Assembly: GCA_044340835.1 (NCBI GenBank)
Contig: JBIISV010000001.1
Span: forward strand, 13,837-77,836
DNA: 64,000 bases
Origin: Polynucleobacter sp.
GTDB taxonomy: Bacteria > Pseudomonadota > Gammaproteobacteria > Burkholderiales > Burkholderiaceae
Direction: 5' to 3'
The notes under the pieces are model-generated. The model did not search any database. It saw only the letters and a program-made list of their open reading frames with translations, and was not told where the DNA came from. Made by a program: the position numbers and the translations under genes. Of the stretch, positions 49,594-60,540 are shown piece by piece. How positions within the stretch are numbered: the first letter of the stretch is position 1; each line of letters opens with the position of its first letter.

Positions 49594-51762
49594 CTAAATC
49601 GTAATACCCCAATCTTTAAGTATCTGATTGCCATCAGAGCCAATCTCACCTAAAGCTTTCGCAACATCAACCTTGATAGATGAAAAACGCATAGGGCAGG
49701 CCAAAATTGGCCAATCAATTCCATGTGAATTAATACAATTTTTAATTAAATTTCTTGCTTTTGTCTGGCCGCATTCAGCTGCCTGACTGATCGTAGAAAT
49801 CTCAATCGATTGAACTCCAACATCTAAAAGCATTCTTTTTAAATCTTGAATAATGTAATTGTGGCTATTATTTAACAAGTATCCGAGACTCATATCACCG
49901 TTAACTTGGCACAACAAAAATCCATCTTTACAGGAAACCACCATATCCTTATTAGGAAACACATTCCCATTCCATGCTGTTTGAGTAAGCCAAGAGCCTG
50001 CCATTTGCATAGATAAATCAATATGCTGGCCGACATTAGATTGGTCCCTGAACTCCAAAGCCCCGAGAACAGCAACCAAACCCAACTGGCCGCCAGTTAA
50101 ATCAGCCGCAGAGACCCCAGACTTGTAGGGAACTCCTTTTTGATTAGTAGTCAAACACATCATTCCAGCCATTCCCTGAATGGTTGTATCCATTGCAGCT
50201 ACAGTGGCAAGCTTCGATTTGCTACCAAAGCCTGTTATTGAGCAGTGAATTAATTTGGGATTTAGTTCTAATAATTTATTATTATCGAAACCAAGTTTTT
50301 TTAAAGATCCAGATTTTAAATTTTCAACTAGGATGTCCGTTTTTTTAATTAATTCTATGAAAGTAGACTTGCCAGATTCCGAAGTCAAATCAGCAATAAT
50401 CGAAGACTTATCTGAATTACCTAAGGTAAAAAAGTAACCTTGTCCATCCTTATGTGGTGGAAGAGACCTACATAAATCACCTCGTGGTGGCTCAATTTTC
50501 ACTACGTATGCACCCAAAGCCCCTAATTGCCTTCCAATTAGTGGCGCAGTTGTATAGTTACCCATCTCAAGAACGCGAATACCAGCTAAAGGTTTATTTA
50601 ACACAACATTAAATTTCTTTGGCGACAAATCATTTTTTGGCAACAATTTTTTTATAAAATCACGATCTTGATTAACCTTCGGAATATTCTTAAAAGGGGC
50701 GCTTCTACTTATTGAACCATAAAATAATTGTCCTGGTATTCGAATACTATTTCTACTAATTGGATCCTTAGTTGACTGAAAAAAATTATAGGCAGCCAAT
50801 GATTGATCTTTAAATAGCTCCTCGAGAGAATAAACGGGACCACAAGCTACACCTGCTGTAGTAAATTTTCTCAAGGCTTCATCTGTTGCAAGTGAACTTG
50901 TCCAACCTTCAATGATCCCATCAATCAACTTACAATTTTTTACCCTATCTGATGGCGTCAAAAATAACTTATCAAAGACTAAATTTGGTGAATTAAATTC
51001 TGAACATATCCTTTCCCATTCTTCGTTAGATCCTGAGCAAAGTAAAATCCAGCCATCTGTTGTGGGATATAAATTCCATGGTGACATTGAAGGATGGCGG
51101 TTACCAATTCTTTGTGGATTTTTTCCAATAAAATAACTAGGTAAAAAACTTGCTGTTGATAAAAACGCTACGTCATATAAGGCAACTTCAACTATCTGAG
51201 GCATGTGAGTATTTTTATACAGTCGCTTAGCAGCTAATATTGCTGATGCAGCATATACACCCGTTGATAATTCAACAAGCGGATACTTTATTGGAATTGG
51301 GGGCTCAGTTGATAAACCAGTTGTATCTAATATTCCAGATAAAGCTTGAATAAATTGCTCAGAATATGCTCTATTTGATAGTGGTCCAGTGGAACCAAAA
51401 GCTGTAATGTCACACTTGACTTGGTTTACAACTTCTATTGTTTTACATAAATTATAGAAATCTGGATCAATATCACTTGAATAAACTAATACATCCGCCG
51501 CCTTTATTAAATTAGCCAAATCCAAAAGATCCTCAGATGAGTCCTCTATAAATTGGAAGCTTTTCTTACCAGCTAAAAAGTTTGATCGATACGATTGTTT
51601 TGTTTCTACATCAGGATTTTTGTGAATTCCCTCAACAACAACAACAGTCGCTCCAAGTTGGGCAAGGATTGTTCCGCACGCACCTACCGCAACTCGTGAT
51701 CCTAATTCTGCAACAAAAAAATCTGATACAAAGGTTGGGTAAGTTGTTTCTTTATCAAGCAT
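49594..51762 (-). CDS. Two-domain CaiB/BaiF CoA transferase
   Basis: Two family III modules; second begins KPLAGIRVLEMG...KIEPPRGD...ENLKSG. Confidence 0.85.
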   Translation of the reverse strand: MLDKETTYPTFVSDFFVAELGSRVAVGACGTILAQLGATVVVVEGIHKNPDVETKQSYRSNFLAGKKSFQFIEDSSEDLLDLANLIKAADVLVYSSDIDPDFYNLCKTIEVVNQVKCDITAFGSTGPLSNRAYSEQFIQALSGILDTTGLSTEPPIPIKYPLVELSTGVYAASAILAAKRLYKNTHMPQIVEVALYDVAFLSTASFLPSYFIGKNPQRIGNRHPSMSPWNLYPTTDGWILLCSGSNEEWERICSEFNSPNLVFDKLFLTPSDRVKNCKLIDGIIEGWTSSLATDEALRKFTTAGVACGPVYSLEELFKDQSLAAYNFFQSTKDPISRNSIRIPGQLFYGSISRSAPFKNIPKVNQDRDFIKKLLPKNDLSPKKFNVVLNKPLAGIRVLEMGNYTTAPLIGRQLGALGAYVVKIEPPRGDLCRSLPPHKDGQGYFFTLGNSDKSSIIADLTSESGKSTFIELIKKTDILVENLKSGSLKKLGFDNNKLLELNPKLIHCSITGFGSKSKLATVAAMDTTIQGMAGMMCLTTNQKGVPYKSGVSAADLTGGQLGLVAVLGALEFRDQSNVGQHIDLSMQMAGSWLTQTAWNGNVFPNKDMVVSCKDGFLLCQVNGDMSLGYLLNNSHNYIIQDLKRMLLDVGVQSIEISTISQAAECGQTKARNLIKNCINSHGIDWPILACPMRFSSIKVDVAKALGEIGSDGNQILKDWGITI

Positions 51763-52745
51763 TATTTGGTTTGATTAATACCCAGATCTTTAACTAATGT
51801 AGACCAAAACTTCAACTCACTTAAGTAATAGGTATTCATATCTTGTGGGGATCCACTAATTATCTCTATACCTTGCTTCTTAAAGTTTTCTTGAATATCA
51901 GACTGTTTGAACACGGCATTAAGATCAGCATTGATTTTATTTACAAGATTTTGTGACATCTTAGCTGGACCCATTATGCCAATCCAATAATCAGAACTAA
52001 GTCCTTGAAATCCCTCTTCTGCCATAGATGGCACATTAGGCAATACTGATGATCTTTTCTCGCTAAAAAAAACTATCGGCTTGAGTTTCCCGCCTCTTAC
52101 AAACTGCTCTTGAGATGCAACGCCAGATAAAATTCCAATTAAATGATTTCCCATAATGTCTGTAATCGCAGCCCCACCACTCTTATACGGAATATGATTT
52201 AGCTGAATTCCAGCCTTTTTAGCAAAGTACTCCATTAAAAGATTTTGAGATGACCCTGCACCTACAGTTCCGTAACTAAATTCATTCGGCTTATTTTTTG
52301 CACCAGCAATTAACTCTTTTAAATTATTTGCTTGAAAAGATGGACTTACAGATAACAAATTTGGAGCAGCGCCAACCATAGCGATTGAAGTGAAATCATT
52401 AACAGGGTCATATGGTAATTTTCTACCAGACGCTGCATTTGTTGCATTTGTACTATTTGCAACTAATAAAGTGTAGCCATCAGGAGCAGCTTTAGCCACG
52501 AGTTCTGAGGCAATAATAGTATCTCCTCCTGGCTTGTTTTCAACAACTACTGGTACACCCCAAATTTCAGATAGACCTTGTGCAACAGCGCGTCCTATTA
52601 TGTCAGTACTACCGCCGGGACCATAACCAACAATTAGCCTAACTGTTTTTTTTGGGAAACCTTCATTTATGTTCTGAGCTACAACATTAATGGAAAAGAC
52701 TGTAAATAGAATTGGAATAATTATTTTCAACTGTTTGTATAACAT
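51762..52745 (-). CDS. Bug/TctC substrate-binding protein
   Basis: FPKKTVRLIVGYGPGGSTD, HIPYKSGG. Confidence 0.9.
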   Translation of the reverse strand: MLYKQLKIIIPILFTVFSINVVAQNINEGFPKKTVRLIVGYGPGGSTDIIGRAVAQGLSEIWGVPVVVENKPGGDTIIASELVAKAAPDGYTLLVANSTNATNAASGRKLPYDPVNDFTSIAMVGAAPNLLSVSPSFQANNLKELIAGAKNKPNEFSYGTVGAGSSQNLLMEYFAKKAGIQLNHIPYKSGGAAITDIMGNHLIGILSGVASQEQFVRGGKLKPIVFFSEKRSSVLPNVPSMAEEGFQGLSSDYWIGIMGPAKMSQNLVNKINADLNAVFKQSDIQENFKKQGIEIISGSPQDMNTYYLSELKFWSTLVKDLGINQTK

Positions 52746-52781
52746 TATGAATCTCCTAAATAGTATGAATATTTACGTCGA

Positions 52782-53588
52782 CTAATGTGAGGCTCCCGTC
52801 TTCTTTCGATATGGCTTGAAATTTGCCTTTCTTTTTTCAATAAATGCAAGAGTGCCCTCTTTAAACTCCTCAGATCCAGTATGTAATGACAACATCTCAA
52901 ATCCTGAGAACATATTTCCCCATAAGTTTTGGTCAGACTCTTGATTGAGTGAAGTCTTTGCCATTCTTAATGACTGTGGACTTTTTTCTAAAATTTCCTG
53001 GCACCATTGATTTACGGTTGAATAAAGTTCAGCCATTGGAACAACATGATTTATTAAACCCATAGCTAATGCTTCATGTGCAGAATACTGTCTACACATA
53101 AATAATATTTCTCTGGCCTTTTTTTCACCGACTAGACGAGCTAACATTTGTGTTGCTCCAGCCACGGGCACACTACTAATTCGTGCCCCGGTTTGCCCAA
53201 ACTTGGCATGATCGGCGGCAATCGTTAAATCACACATCACATGCAATTCGTGACCCGCACCTACCGCATATCCATTAACAGCTGCAATTACAGGTTTTCC
53301 ACAAGTTCTTATTGCGATTGCAAGATGTGAAAACAATCGCATGTGGTTTCTGCAATCATTAGATGATCTGGCATTTAATGCCTTTAAATTTCCGCCCGAA
53401 GAGAATGATTTTTCGCCGGCACCAGTAAATACGATAACTCCGATTTCTGGATCTTCAGCGCTGTCGGTAACAGCATCAATCATCTCTTTAATTGTAAGAC
53501 CAACAATTGAGTTGTATGTCTCTGGGCGATTGATGGTGATCCAACCAATCCCATCTCTTTTTTCATAAATGATATCTTCGTACTTCAT
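52782..53588 (-). CDS. Crotonase of the MenB/BadI type
   Basis: MKYEDIIYEK, ITINRPE, GYAVGAGHELHVMCDL, FGQTG, VGEKKAREI. Confidence 0.8.
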   Translation of the reverse strand: MKYEDIIYEKRDGIGWITINRPETYNSIVGLTIKEMIDAVTDSAEDPEIGVIVFTGAGEKSFSSGGNLKALNARSSNDCRNHMRLFSHLAIAIRTCGKPVIAAVNGYAVGAGHELHVMCDLTIAADHAKFGQTGARISSVPVAGATQMLARLVGEKKAREILFMCRQYSAHEALAMGLINHVVPMAELYSTVNQWCQEILEKSPQSLRMAKTSLNQESDQNLWGNMFSGFEMLSLHTGSEEFKEGTLAFIEKRKANFKPYRKKTGASH

Positions 53589-53665
53589 GTTTCATTCCTT
53601 TTATAATTTTTAGAAAATCTACCAAAGTGATAAGTTAAGAATCTGTGACTGAGACGTTTGTTTTA

Positions 53666-54454
53666 TCAAACCATTGCAAAACCGCCGTTGACACTGATGA
53701 CTTGACCAGTTATGTGTCGCGCAGACTCTGAGGCAAGATAAACAACTGTATTTGCAACATCTTCAGGCTCGCCAATACGTCGTAATGCATACAGTTTTTT
53801 AATCTTCTCTTCCCTTTCGGCAACCCTCACTTCACCAATTTCTTTTTTTAATAGCTCTATTCTTTCTTGCCTCATGGGTGCATTCGTGGCCCCTGGAGAT
53901 ACAGCATTAACATTAATATTATTTCGACCAACTTCTTTTGCAAGAGACTTTGTGAAAGATAGAATTGCTCCTTTGGCAGCAGAATAATTACACTCACGCT
54001 CTTGGCCCACTCGAGCAGCATCTGTTCCGATGTTAATTATTTTTCCAAAAGAGTTTTTAATCATGCTGGGTAAAAAAGCTCTGCAGCAGTTCATAGTTCC
54101 AAATACCGCGACTTGAAACTCTAGGTCACAATCTGAAGGGTCTGTATCTATGAAGAAAGTGTGTGTTTTACGAACTGCGGCATTATTAACCAATACGTCT
54201 AAACGATCAAAATTTGCGAACGTAATTTTGGACATATCTAGAACGGAGGATAAGCTTGAAATATCGCACGCTATTGGGAGGGCTCTAACTCCGTGTTTGA
54301 GAACTAAATCGACAGTTTCTTCAGCACCCTCAAAATTTGTATCATTTACTAGTACATTAGCCCCTTCCGCTGCAAATGCTAAGGCAATACTTCTGCCAAT
54401 CCCTCGACCACCTCCTGTGACTAGTACATTTTTTCCCTCTAATTGAAGATTCAT
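53666..54454 (-). CDS. SDR dehydrogenase (BadH-like)
   Basis: TGGGRGIG, NNA, GTDAARVG, YSAAKG. Confidence 0.85.
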   Translation of the reverse strand: MNLQLEGKNVLVTGGGRGIGRSIALAFAAEGANVLVNDTNFEGAEETVDLVLKHGVRALPIACDISSLSSVLDMSKITFANFDRLDVLVNNAAVRKTHTFFIDTDPSDCDLEFQVAVFGTMNCCRAFLPSMIKNSFGKIINIGTDAARVGQERECNYSAAKGAILSFTKSLAKEVGRNNINVNAVSPGATNAPMRQERIELLKKEIGEVRVAEREEKIKKLYALRRIGEPEDVANTVVYLASESARHITGQVISVNGGFAMV

Positions 54455-54544
54455 ACTTATCCCAAGCTTTAGTTAGATCTTATTAGTCTCAAGTATATGA
54501 ATTACAATATCAATGTCTATAATTTGAACTTAAATTCAATTTTT

Positions 54545-55438
54545 ATGAATCTGAAACAACTCCGGTATTTTTGTGAAACAGTTGAGGTGAAAAGCGGAAG
54601 GATTGCAGCGCAGAACCTTTTTGTAGCTCCCACTGCTATAAGCATGCAAATTTCTTTGCTTGAAGAATCTCTTGGAGGTAGATTATTTAATCGCGCTAGT
54701 CGTCCAATGGAACTTACTCCTTTGGGTAAATTCTTTTATCCACGGATTAAAGAAATTCTCATTAGTTTGGATAAACTCAACGAAGAAACTATAGGGATTG
54801 CGAAAGGAAAAAGGGGATGGCTTAGTATCGGATTTGCTCGCTCTACAATTTTTTCAATTTTGCCTAACTCAATTCGAGAATTTCGAGAGAAACATCCGGA
54901 TATAAAAATTGATTTAATTGAGCTTCTCTCAGATCATCAAATTGAAAATATTAGAAAGGGTTTAATTCATATCGGCCTAATAAGGTTCATTGGTGATTTT
55001 GAGAAAGAGGAAGATATAAATTATTTATTGTTAATGCGTGATCCATTACTTGCTGCAATACCCAAATCCCATTCTCATGCAAAGAAAAAATCTATCTCTC
55101 CGTCAATTTTTAACGATCTGCCATATATTAGTTACCCTAACGACCCTGCCAGCACCTTCTCAAATAAGATCACTCAATTATTAGAGCAACTTGGCGCAAT
55201 GCCAAAGATTGTGCATAACGCCCAAGAGATTCATACAGCGCTGGGATTAGTTGGCGCAGGATTGGGTGCAACAGTGGTTGGAAAATCTTCAATTGATAAT
55301 AATCGCGCTGATGTAGCATTTATCCCCATTGAAAAATTCGATACGCATTCAGAAATTTATTTAATATCAAAAAAATTAGACGATAATATTTTGATTCCAT
55401 TTTTTAAAAAAATTATTACCTCCCAGACTCTAGCTTAA
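54545..55438 (+). CDS. LysR-family transcriptional regulator
   Basis: MNLKQLRYF...AAQNLFVAPTAISMQISLLEE; divergent from the CoA operon. Confidence 0.92.
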   Translation: MNLKQLRYFCETVEVKSGRIAAQNLFVAPTAISMQISLLEESLGGRLFNRASRPMELTPLGKFFYPRIKEILISLDKLNEETIGIAKGKRGWLSIGFARSTIFSILPNSIREFREKHPDIKIDLIELLSDHQIENIRKGLIHIGLIRFIGDFEKEEDINYLLLMRDPLLAAIPKSHSHAKKKSISPSIFNDLPYISYPNDPASTFSNKITQLLEQLGAMPKIVHNAQEIHTALGLVGAGLGATVVGKSSIDNNRADVAFIPIEKFDTHSEIYLISKKLDDNILIPFFKKIITSQTLA

Positions 55439-55456
55439 AACGCTATGAGAGTTTAA

Positions 55457-55723
55457 TTATTTATTTAATTTTTTATATAAATTATTTGCATATTCTGCTG
55501 CACCTTTGTATGAGCTCGTACAAGGCAATGGGTGAACCACATCTCCTAAGTGCATTGTAAATGCTGGTTTGAGCATATTTACAGAATCAACAACCACCTC
55601 ATTTCTAGGATTTGCTAAGTGATTGGTCTGCCATGGGGAAGTATTGCTTTCATCCGCTGGATTTAGGTGTGAATCTACTATCAAAGCAAACCTAAATAAA
55701 TGCTTTCCATTTGCTATTTTCAT
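55457..55723 (-). pseudogene. Truncated metallophosphoesterase (N-terminal 88 aa only)
   Basis: FALIVDSHLN and HLGDVVHP motifs present, ends before the GNHD motif; paralogous to the upstream gene. Confidence 0.75.
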
Positions 55724-55769
55724 ACATATTCAATTCAAAATGGTTGTGAAGTGCCAGATTTTCGAAGCA

Positions 55770-57836
55770 TTAGGGCATTTGTAATAATAGGACTTGCCGT
55801 GTTGTGGTCATCTTATCTGCTAAATTAGAAACGCTGTCATCTAAGCTAGAACATGTCCCAGTAAAGAGGTCATATATGATTGTTCCAGTTGGAGCAGCCT
55901 GTACCCGCTCTAAAGCATGTGGGGTAAGGGAGTCAATCAACTGAAAATTACGTTCTTTTGTAGTGAAAGCCAACCCGCCCTCAATAGGTTGAGCAACAAG
56001 TTGCTGCGCTGAAGAAAGCAACGCATTAAGTGTTGAGAAGGTTCGCGCTGCTGGATGAGGATCGAAACGACGATCAATAAATGCGTGTCGCGGAAAATAT
56101 CCACGATCCACATCCATAAATGTATCGAAGACATACTTAACTCGCTGAGAAGTCTTAGATAACACCATTGCTTGCGCAGTACGTGCCACCATCTCTCGAT
56201 CATCTGCACGCTCCGTTACTAGATTAATGCCACTAGTCTTAATCGATGCCAGAACTTGAGATTGCGTTCTTTCAGCAAATGAGGTTAATTGAATGCCTGC
56301 CAATACTAGATCTTGGTCTGCTTCAATACGTACCGTAATACCGTCTATGATTTGACCCTCTACTGCCCCGCGTACCATTTCTTGTATCCCCACCAATTCG
56401 CTTAGTTCGAAGCCTGCCTTAACAAAATGGTTAAAGTGCTTGCCATCAAAATGCGAATCATCGAATGCATGAATTTTTGACAAGAACAGCTGGGTGCCTG
56501 TATTTTTACGCCACTCTCGATATGCCTCTTTTTGAAGGTTATAGGTTTTCAGAGTAGCATTTACCTCTACTGCAATCACACCCGCCATATGAAGCTCGTC
56601 AGAAGTAATAGAAATTCGAGGCTTTCCTAAAAAAGTAACAATATATCGATGCCCTTGACGTGACATCAATTTCATACGAGCTCGCGGCCCCGCTTCACTT
56701 AAATCTATATCAGGGATTTTTGATAGACGTGCACCCATCTCCCATAATGCTAATAATGGATAATCATTGCGTGCCCACTTGCGACCAAATTCTTGCACTC
56801 CACCTGTCGCAGTAATCTGCATACTTTCAGTCCAAGGATGACGCAACTCAACGCCTACATTATCAAAAGTTGATGTCTTTGGATGAGCGAGATGCATGGG
56901 GTGCAGTTGGGGTAATAATTCACCTTCCTTTATTTTCTGCCCATGAGTACGGACTGAATAAGCTACATGACCGTCTGCGTATACATCTACGATAAAGTAT
57001 CCAAACTTCTCTACATCACCACGTCCAAACTCGACACTTGGTGCTACACGATAGAACTCAGTAAAGTCATGTCGCAAAAATGCGGTTGATGGAAGCATGT
57101 AAAAATCTGCATTTCCGATACGGTCGTACCAAAAATTGTGAACGTGGCCAGCAAATACAGCCTCTACATTAGGATTGCAAATTTGCTCAACAAGCCAACT
57201 ACGAGCCGGCTCATCTATGTTGTCATAGCTACCCCGCTCATCTGCAGTATGTATGTATGGAGGATAGTGCATAAATAAAAATAAACGTTTGCCACTTGCT
57301 GTAGAAATTTGCTCCTCTAGCCATTTCCGTTGGCGCTCTTCATCTTTTAATCCAGAATTCAACAATAAAGAATTAATTAATATGAAACGTAGGTCTCCTT
57401 CATCAAAGCTGTAATAGTCTTTGCCAAATGCTTCGCGATATGTCTTTAAGTACTCATCACACACTTGATCAGCTGGCATCCAGTCAATCTTTTTGTCACC
57501 CACATCGTGATTTCCAGGGACAAGATGAAGGGGCGCCTTTAATGGCAAAGCTATATCCCAAAAGCGATTCACTGCATCAGTAAAGGTAGGTACAGAAGGC
57601 ACAGGGTGAACAATATCTCCTAAATGCAAAACAAATTTTGGGGCCGGTTCCATTAAGGCAATATCTTGAAATACATAACGAGCGCGATCATTTGCGAAAC
57701 GGTTGGTGTCACAAGGAGAGCTAGATGTGTCGTCCCTTTCATTTATATGGGTATCAGCTATAACGGCAAAGGAAAAAAGAGGCGGTTCGCCAGCTCTTGA
57801 TTGCCCAGAACGAATCGGGTGTTTTGTGTTCTGCAT
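55770..57836 (-). CDS. Calcineurin-like metallophosphoesterase with large C-terminal extension
   Basis: ADTH, HLGD, PGNHD, HYP, GHVH motifs in the N-terminal part. Confidence 0.85.
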   Translation of the reverse strand: MQNTKHPIRSGQSRAGEPPLFSFAVIADTHINERDDTSSSPCDTNRFANDRARYVFQDIALMEPAPKFVLHLGDIVHPVPSVPTFTDAVNRFWDIALPLKAPLHLVPGNHDVGDKKIDWMPADQVCDEYLKTYREAFGKDYYSFDEGDLRFILINSLLLNSGLKDEERQRKWLEEQISTASGKRLFLFMHYPPYIHTADERGSYDNIDEPARSWLVEQICNPNVEAVFAGHVHNFWYDRIGNADFYMLPSTAFLRHDFTEFYRVAPSVEFGRGDVEKFGYFIVDVYADGHVAYSVRTHGQKIKEGELLPQLHPMHLAHPKTSTFDNVGVELRHPWTESMQITATGGVQEFGRKWARNDYPLLALWEMGARLSKIPDIDLSEAGPRARMKLMSRQGHRYIVTFLGKPRISITSDELHMAGVIAVEVNATLKTYNLQKEAYREWRKNTGTQLFLSKIHAFDDSHFDGKHFNHFVKAGFELSELVGIQEMVRGAVEGQIIDGITVRIEADQDLVLAGIQLTSFAERTQSQVLASIKTSGINLVTERADDREMVARTAQAMVLSKTSQRVKYVFDTFMDVDRGYFPRHAFIDRRFDPHPAARTFSTLNALLSSAQQLVAQPIEGGLAFTTKERNFQLIDSLTPHALERVQAAPTGTIIYDLFTGTCSSLDDSVSNLADKMTTTRQVLLLQMP

Positions 57837-57989
57837 AACCAAACCTTATTAAAACGAAATTATTGATTCTTAATGCTCAAAATAGTATCTATTGATACTG
57901 CTTGAAACTTTTTAGTAAAAAAACTAACAGGGAACTAAAAACATTCATTTGTGTAAAAAACACAATGCTCCCAAGCATAATATTTTCAT

Positions 57990-59339
57990 TTAGGCAGTCT
58001 GATTAAAGCTCTCACCTAATGCATCAATCAGCGTATCAATTTCTGATCTGGTTACGATAAATGGTGGCGCCAACTGAATAGTATCGCCTCCATGCCGAAC
58101 ATAGAACCCCTTCTTAAACATTGCCATTGCAATTTCATATGGGCGTCGAGCAGGCTCTCCAGGGTATGAATCAACAGTAATCCCTGCTGCCAAGCCATAG
58201 TTGCGTATATCAACAATGTGTTTCGCCCCCTTTAGACTATGGACGGCACTCTCAAAATACGGAATCAAGTCTTGAACTCGCGCTAGGACATTTTCCCTGC
58301 GCAGTAGATCGAGTGTAGCAATTCCTGCGGCACAGGCAACCGGATGAGCTGAGTATGTATAGCCATGAGGAAATTCGACCATATAGTCGGGACCACCAGC
58401 AGCCATAAAAGTATCGTAAATTTCCTGCTTAGCTACAACTGCACCTAATGGCTGGACACCATTAGTAATTTGTTTTGCGACGTTAATAATATCCGGCGTA
58501 ACTCCAAATGCTGCAGAACCAGTCCATGAGCCAGAACGACCAAACCCAGTAATGACTTCATCAAAAATAAGTAGGATGTTATTGGCTGTACAAATCTCTC
58601 GAAGGCGCTGCAAATACCCAACTGGCGGGACAACCACTCCAGCAGAACCAGAAAATGGCTCCACAATCACTGCAGCAATATTAGAGGCGTCGTGAAGTGC
58701 TATTAGATTAAGCAACTCGTCTGCAAGCTCCACTCCCTGTAATGGCATACCTCGAGAAAAGGCATTCTTCTTAAGCTGGGTATGTGGTAAGTGGTCAGCA
58801 TCAACTAGGCTTCCAAATAACTTACGATTGGCGCCGATACCTCCCACCGAGATGCCGCCAAAATTTACCCCGTGATAACCTTTCTCACGACCGATCAGAC
58901 GTGTTTTGCTAGCAAGTCCTTTATTGCGCCAATATGCACGTACCATCTTAAGTGAAGTATCAGCAGCCTCAGATCCAGACCCTGTAAAAAAGATACGGTT
59001 AAGTTCTGCCGGCATAAATTCAAGCATCTGATTAGCTAACTCAAATGAAAGTGGATGTCCGAACTGAAATGCAGGAGAGTAATCTAACTGTGACATCTGT
59101 TTACTAACCGCCTCTATTAATTCATCTCGACCATGTCCGAGTCCGCAACACCATAAACCGGACAAACCATCGAAGATCTGTCGCCCATCAATATCCTTAT
59201 AAAAGCAACCCTTGGCGCTTACAATCATACGGGGTGCACTCTTAAAGTTACGATTACCGGTATACGGCATCCAATGTGGCGCTAACCAGTCTGAGTCAGT
59301 CCGTAGAGTGCCTTGATGTGATTTAACTTTTGCATCCAT
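57990..59339 (-). CDS. Omega-amino acid:pyruvate aminotransferase (class III)
   Basis: HWMPYTGNR, DGLSGLWC, GYHG, FDEVITGFGR, AKQITNG. Confidence 0.92.
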   Translation of the reverse strand: MDAKVKSHQGTLRTDSDWLAPHWMPYTGNRNFKSAPRMIVSAKGCFYKDIDGRQIFDGLSGLWCCGLGHGRDELIEAVSKQMSQLDYSPAFQFGHPLSFELANQMLEFMPAELNRIFFTGSGSEAADTSLKMVRAYWRNKGLASKTRLIGREKGYHGVNFGGISVGGIGANRKLFGSLVDADHLPHTQLKKNAFSRGMPLQGVELADELLNLIALHDASNIAAVIVEPFSGSAGVVVPPVGYLQRLREICTANNILLIFDEVITGFGRSGSWTGSAAFGVTPDIINVAKQITNGVQPLGAVVAKQEIYDTFMAAGGPDYMVEFPHGYTYSAHPVACAAGIATLDLLRRENVLARVQDLIPYFESAVHSLKGAKHIVDIRNYGLAAGITVDSYPGEPARRPYEIAMAMFKKGFYVRHGGDTIQLAPPFIVTRSEIDTLIDALGESFNQTA

Positions 59340-59388
59340 GATTTACTAACCCTTTATAAATTAGGCTGTTTTTAAAATTGAGCCTTAC

Positions 59389-60504
59389 TTAGGCTATCGC
59401 GGCCTCTGCGGAGAAATATTGGTACCCAAGAGCTGTGGAAACAGCCTGATATGTCACTTTACCAGCGCAAATATTCAGGCCATTACGCAAGTCTTTGTCA
59501 ATACGCATTGCATCACGCCAACCTCTGTCAGCCAAATTAATGGCATACGGTAATGTTGCGTTGTTAAGGGCAGCCGTAGAGGTTCGAGCTACAGCCCCCG
59601 GCATATTTGCCACGCAGTAATGCACAACTCCATCAATTACGAATGTAGGCTCCGCATGTGTTGTGGGATGAGATGTTTCAAAGCAACCACCCTGATCGAT
59701 TGCTACATCTACAACTACACTACCCTTCTTCATACGAGAAATCATCTCACGAGTGACTAACTTAGGCGCCCTTGCTCCTGGTACAAGAACGCCTCCAATA
59801 AGAACATCAGCATCAATCACTGACTCTTCAAGACTAGACACGGTTGAGTAGCGCGTTGTAATACGATTCCCGAATACGAGATCTAGATACCTAAGTCGAT
59901 CGATATTATTATCTAGAATAGTTACGCGAGCGCCAATACCTAAGGCCATCTGTAATGCATTTGTCCCAACGACACCCGCACCGATGATCACAATATGTGC
60001 TGCGGGTACGCCGGGTACTCCGCCAAGTAAAATTCCCATGCCAAACTTTGAGTTCTCTATATTTGAGGCAGCTGCTTGAATAGCCATTCTCCCTGCAACT
60101 TCACTCATTGGCGCAAGCAATGGCAAGCCACCACTATTACCGGTAATGGTCTCATAGGCAATACATACCGCCTCAGACTTAATCAATGCTGCCGTCAGTT
60201 TTGCATCAGGCGCGAGATGGAGATATGTAAAAAGAACTTGGCCTTGATGTAACATTTCGCACTCAACAGGTTGAGGCTCCTTTACTTTAATAACCATATC
60301 GCTATTCACAAATACATCAGCTGCTGAGGGTGCAATCGCGGCACCTGCTGCTCGATATATATCATCTTGCATCCCAATTGCCACCCCCGCACATGTCTCT
60401 ACAAGCACCTGGTGGCCATGAGCAACCAACTCCCTGACGCTTGAGGGCGTTAGGCCCACACGGCACTCATGATTCTTAATTTCCTTTGGGACGCCTATAC
60501 GCAT
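59389..60504 (-). CDS. ald: Alanine dehydrogenase
   Basis: MRIGVPKEIK, FTYLHLA, PMSEVAGR, DVAIDQGGCFETS, HYCVANMPGAV. Confidence 0.96.
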   Translation of the reverse strand: MRIGVPKEIKNHECRVGLTPSSVRELVAHGHQVLVETCAGVAIGMQDDIYRAAGAAIAPSAADVFVNSDMVIKVKEPQPVECEMLHQGQVLFTYLHLAPDAKLTAALIKSEAVCIAYETITGNSGGLPLLAPMSEVAGRMAIQAAASNIENSKFGMGILLGGVPGVPAAHIVIIGAGVVGTNALQMALGIGARVTILDNNIDRLRYLDLVFGNRITTRYSTVSSLEESVIDADVLIGGVLVPGARAPKLVTREMISRMKKGSVVVDVAIDQGGCFETSHPTTHAEPTFVIDGVVHYCVANMPGAVARTSTAALNNATLPYAINLADRGWRDAMRIDKDLRNGLNICAGKVTYQAVSTALGYQYFSAEAAIA

Positions 60505-60540
60505 TACTACCTCCTGTTACACCAAAAACTTGTTTAATAA

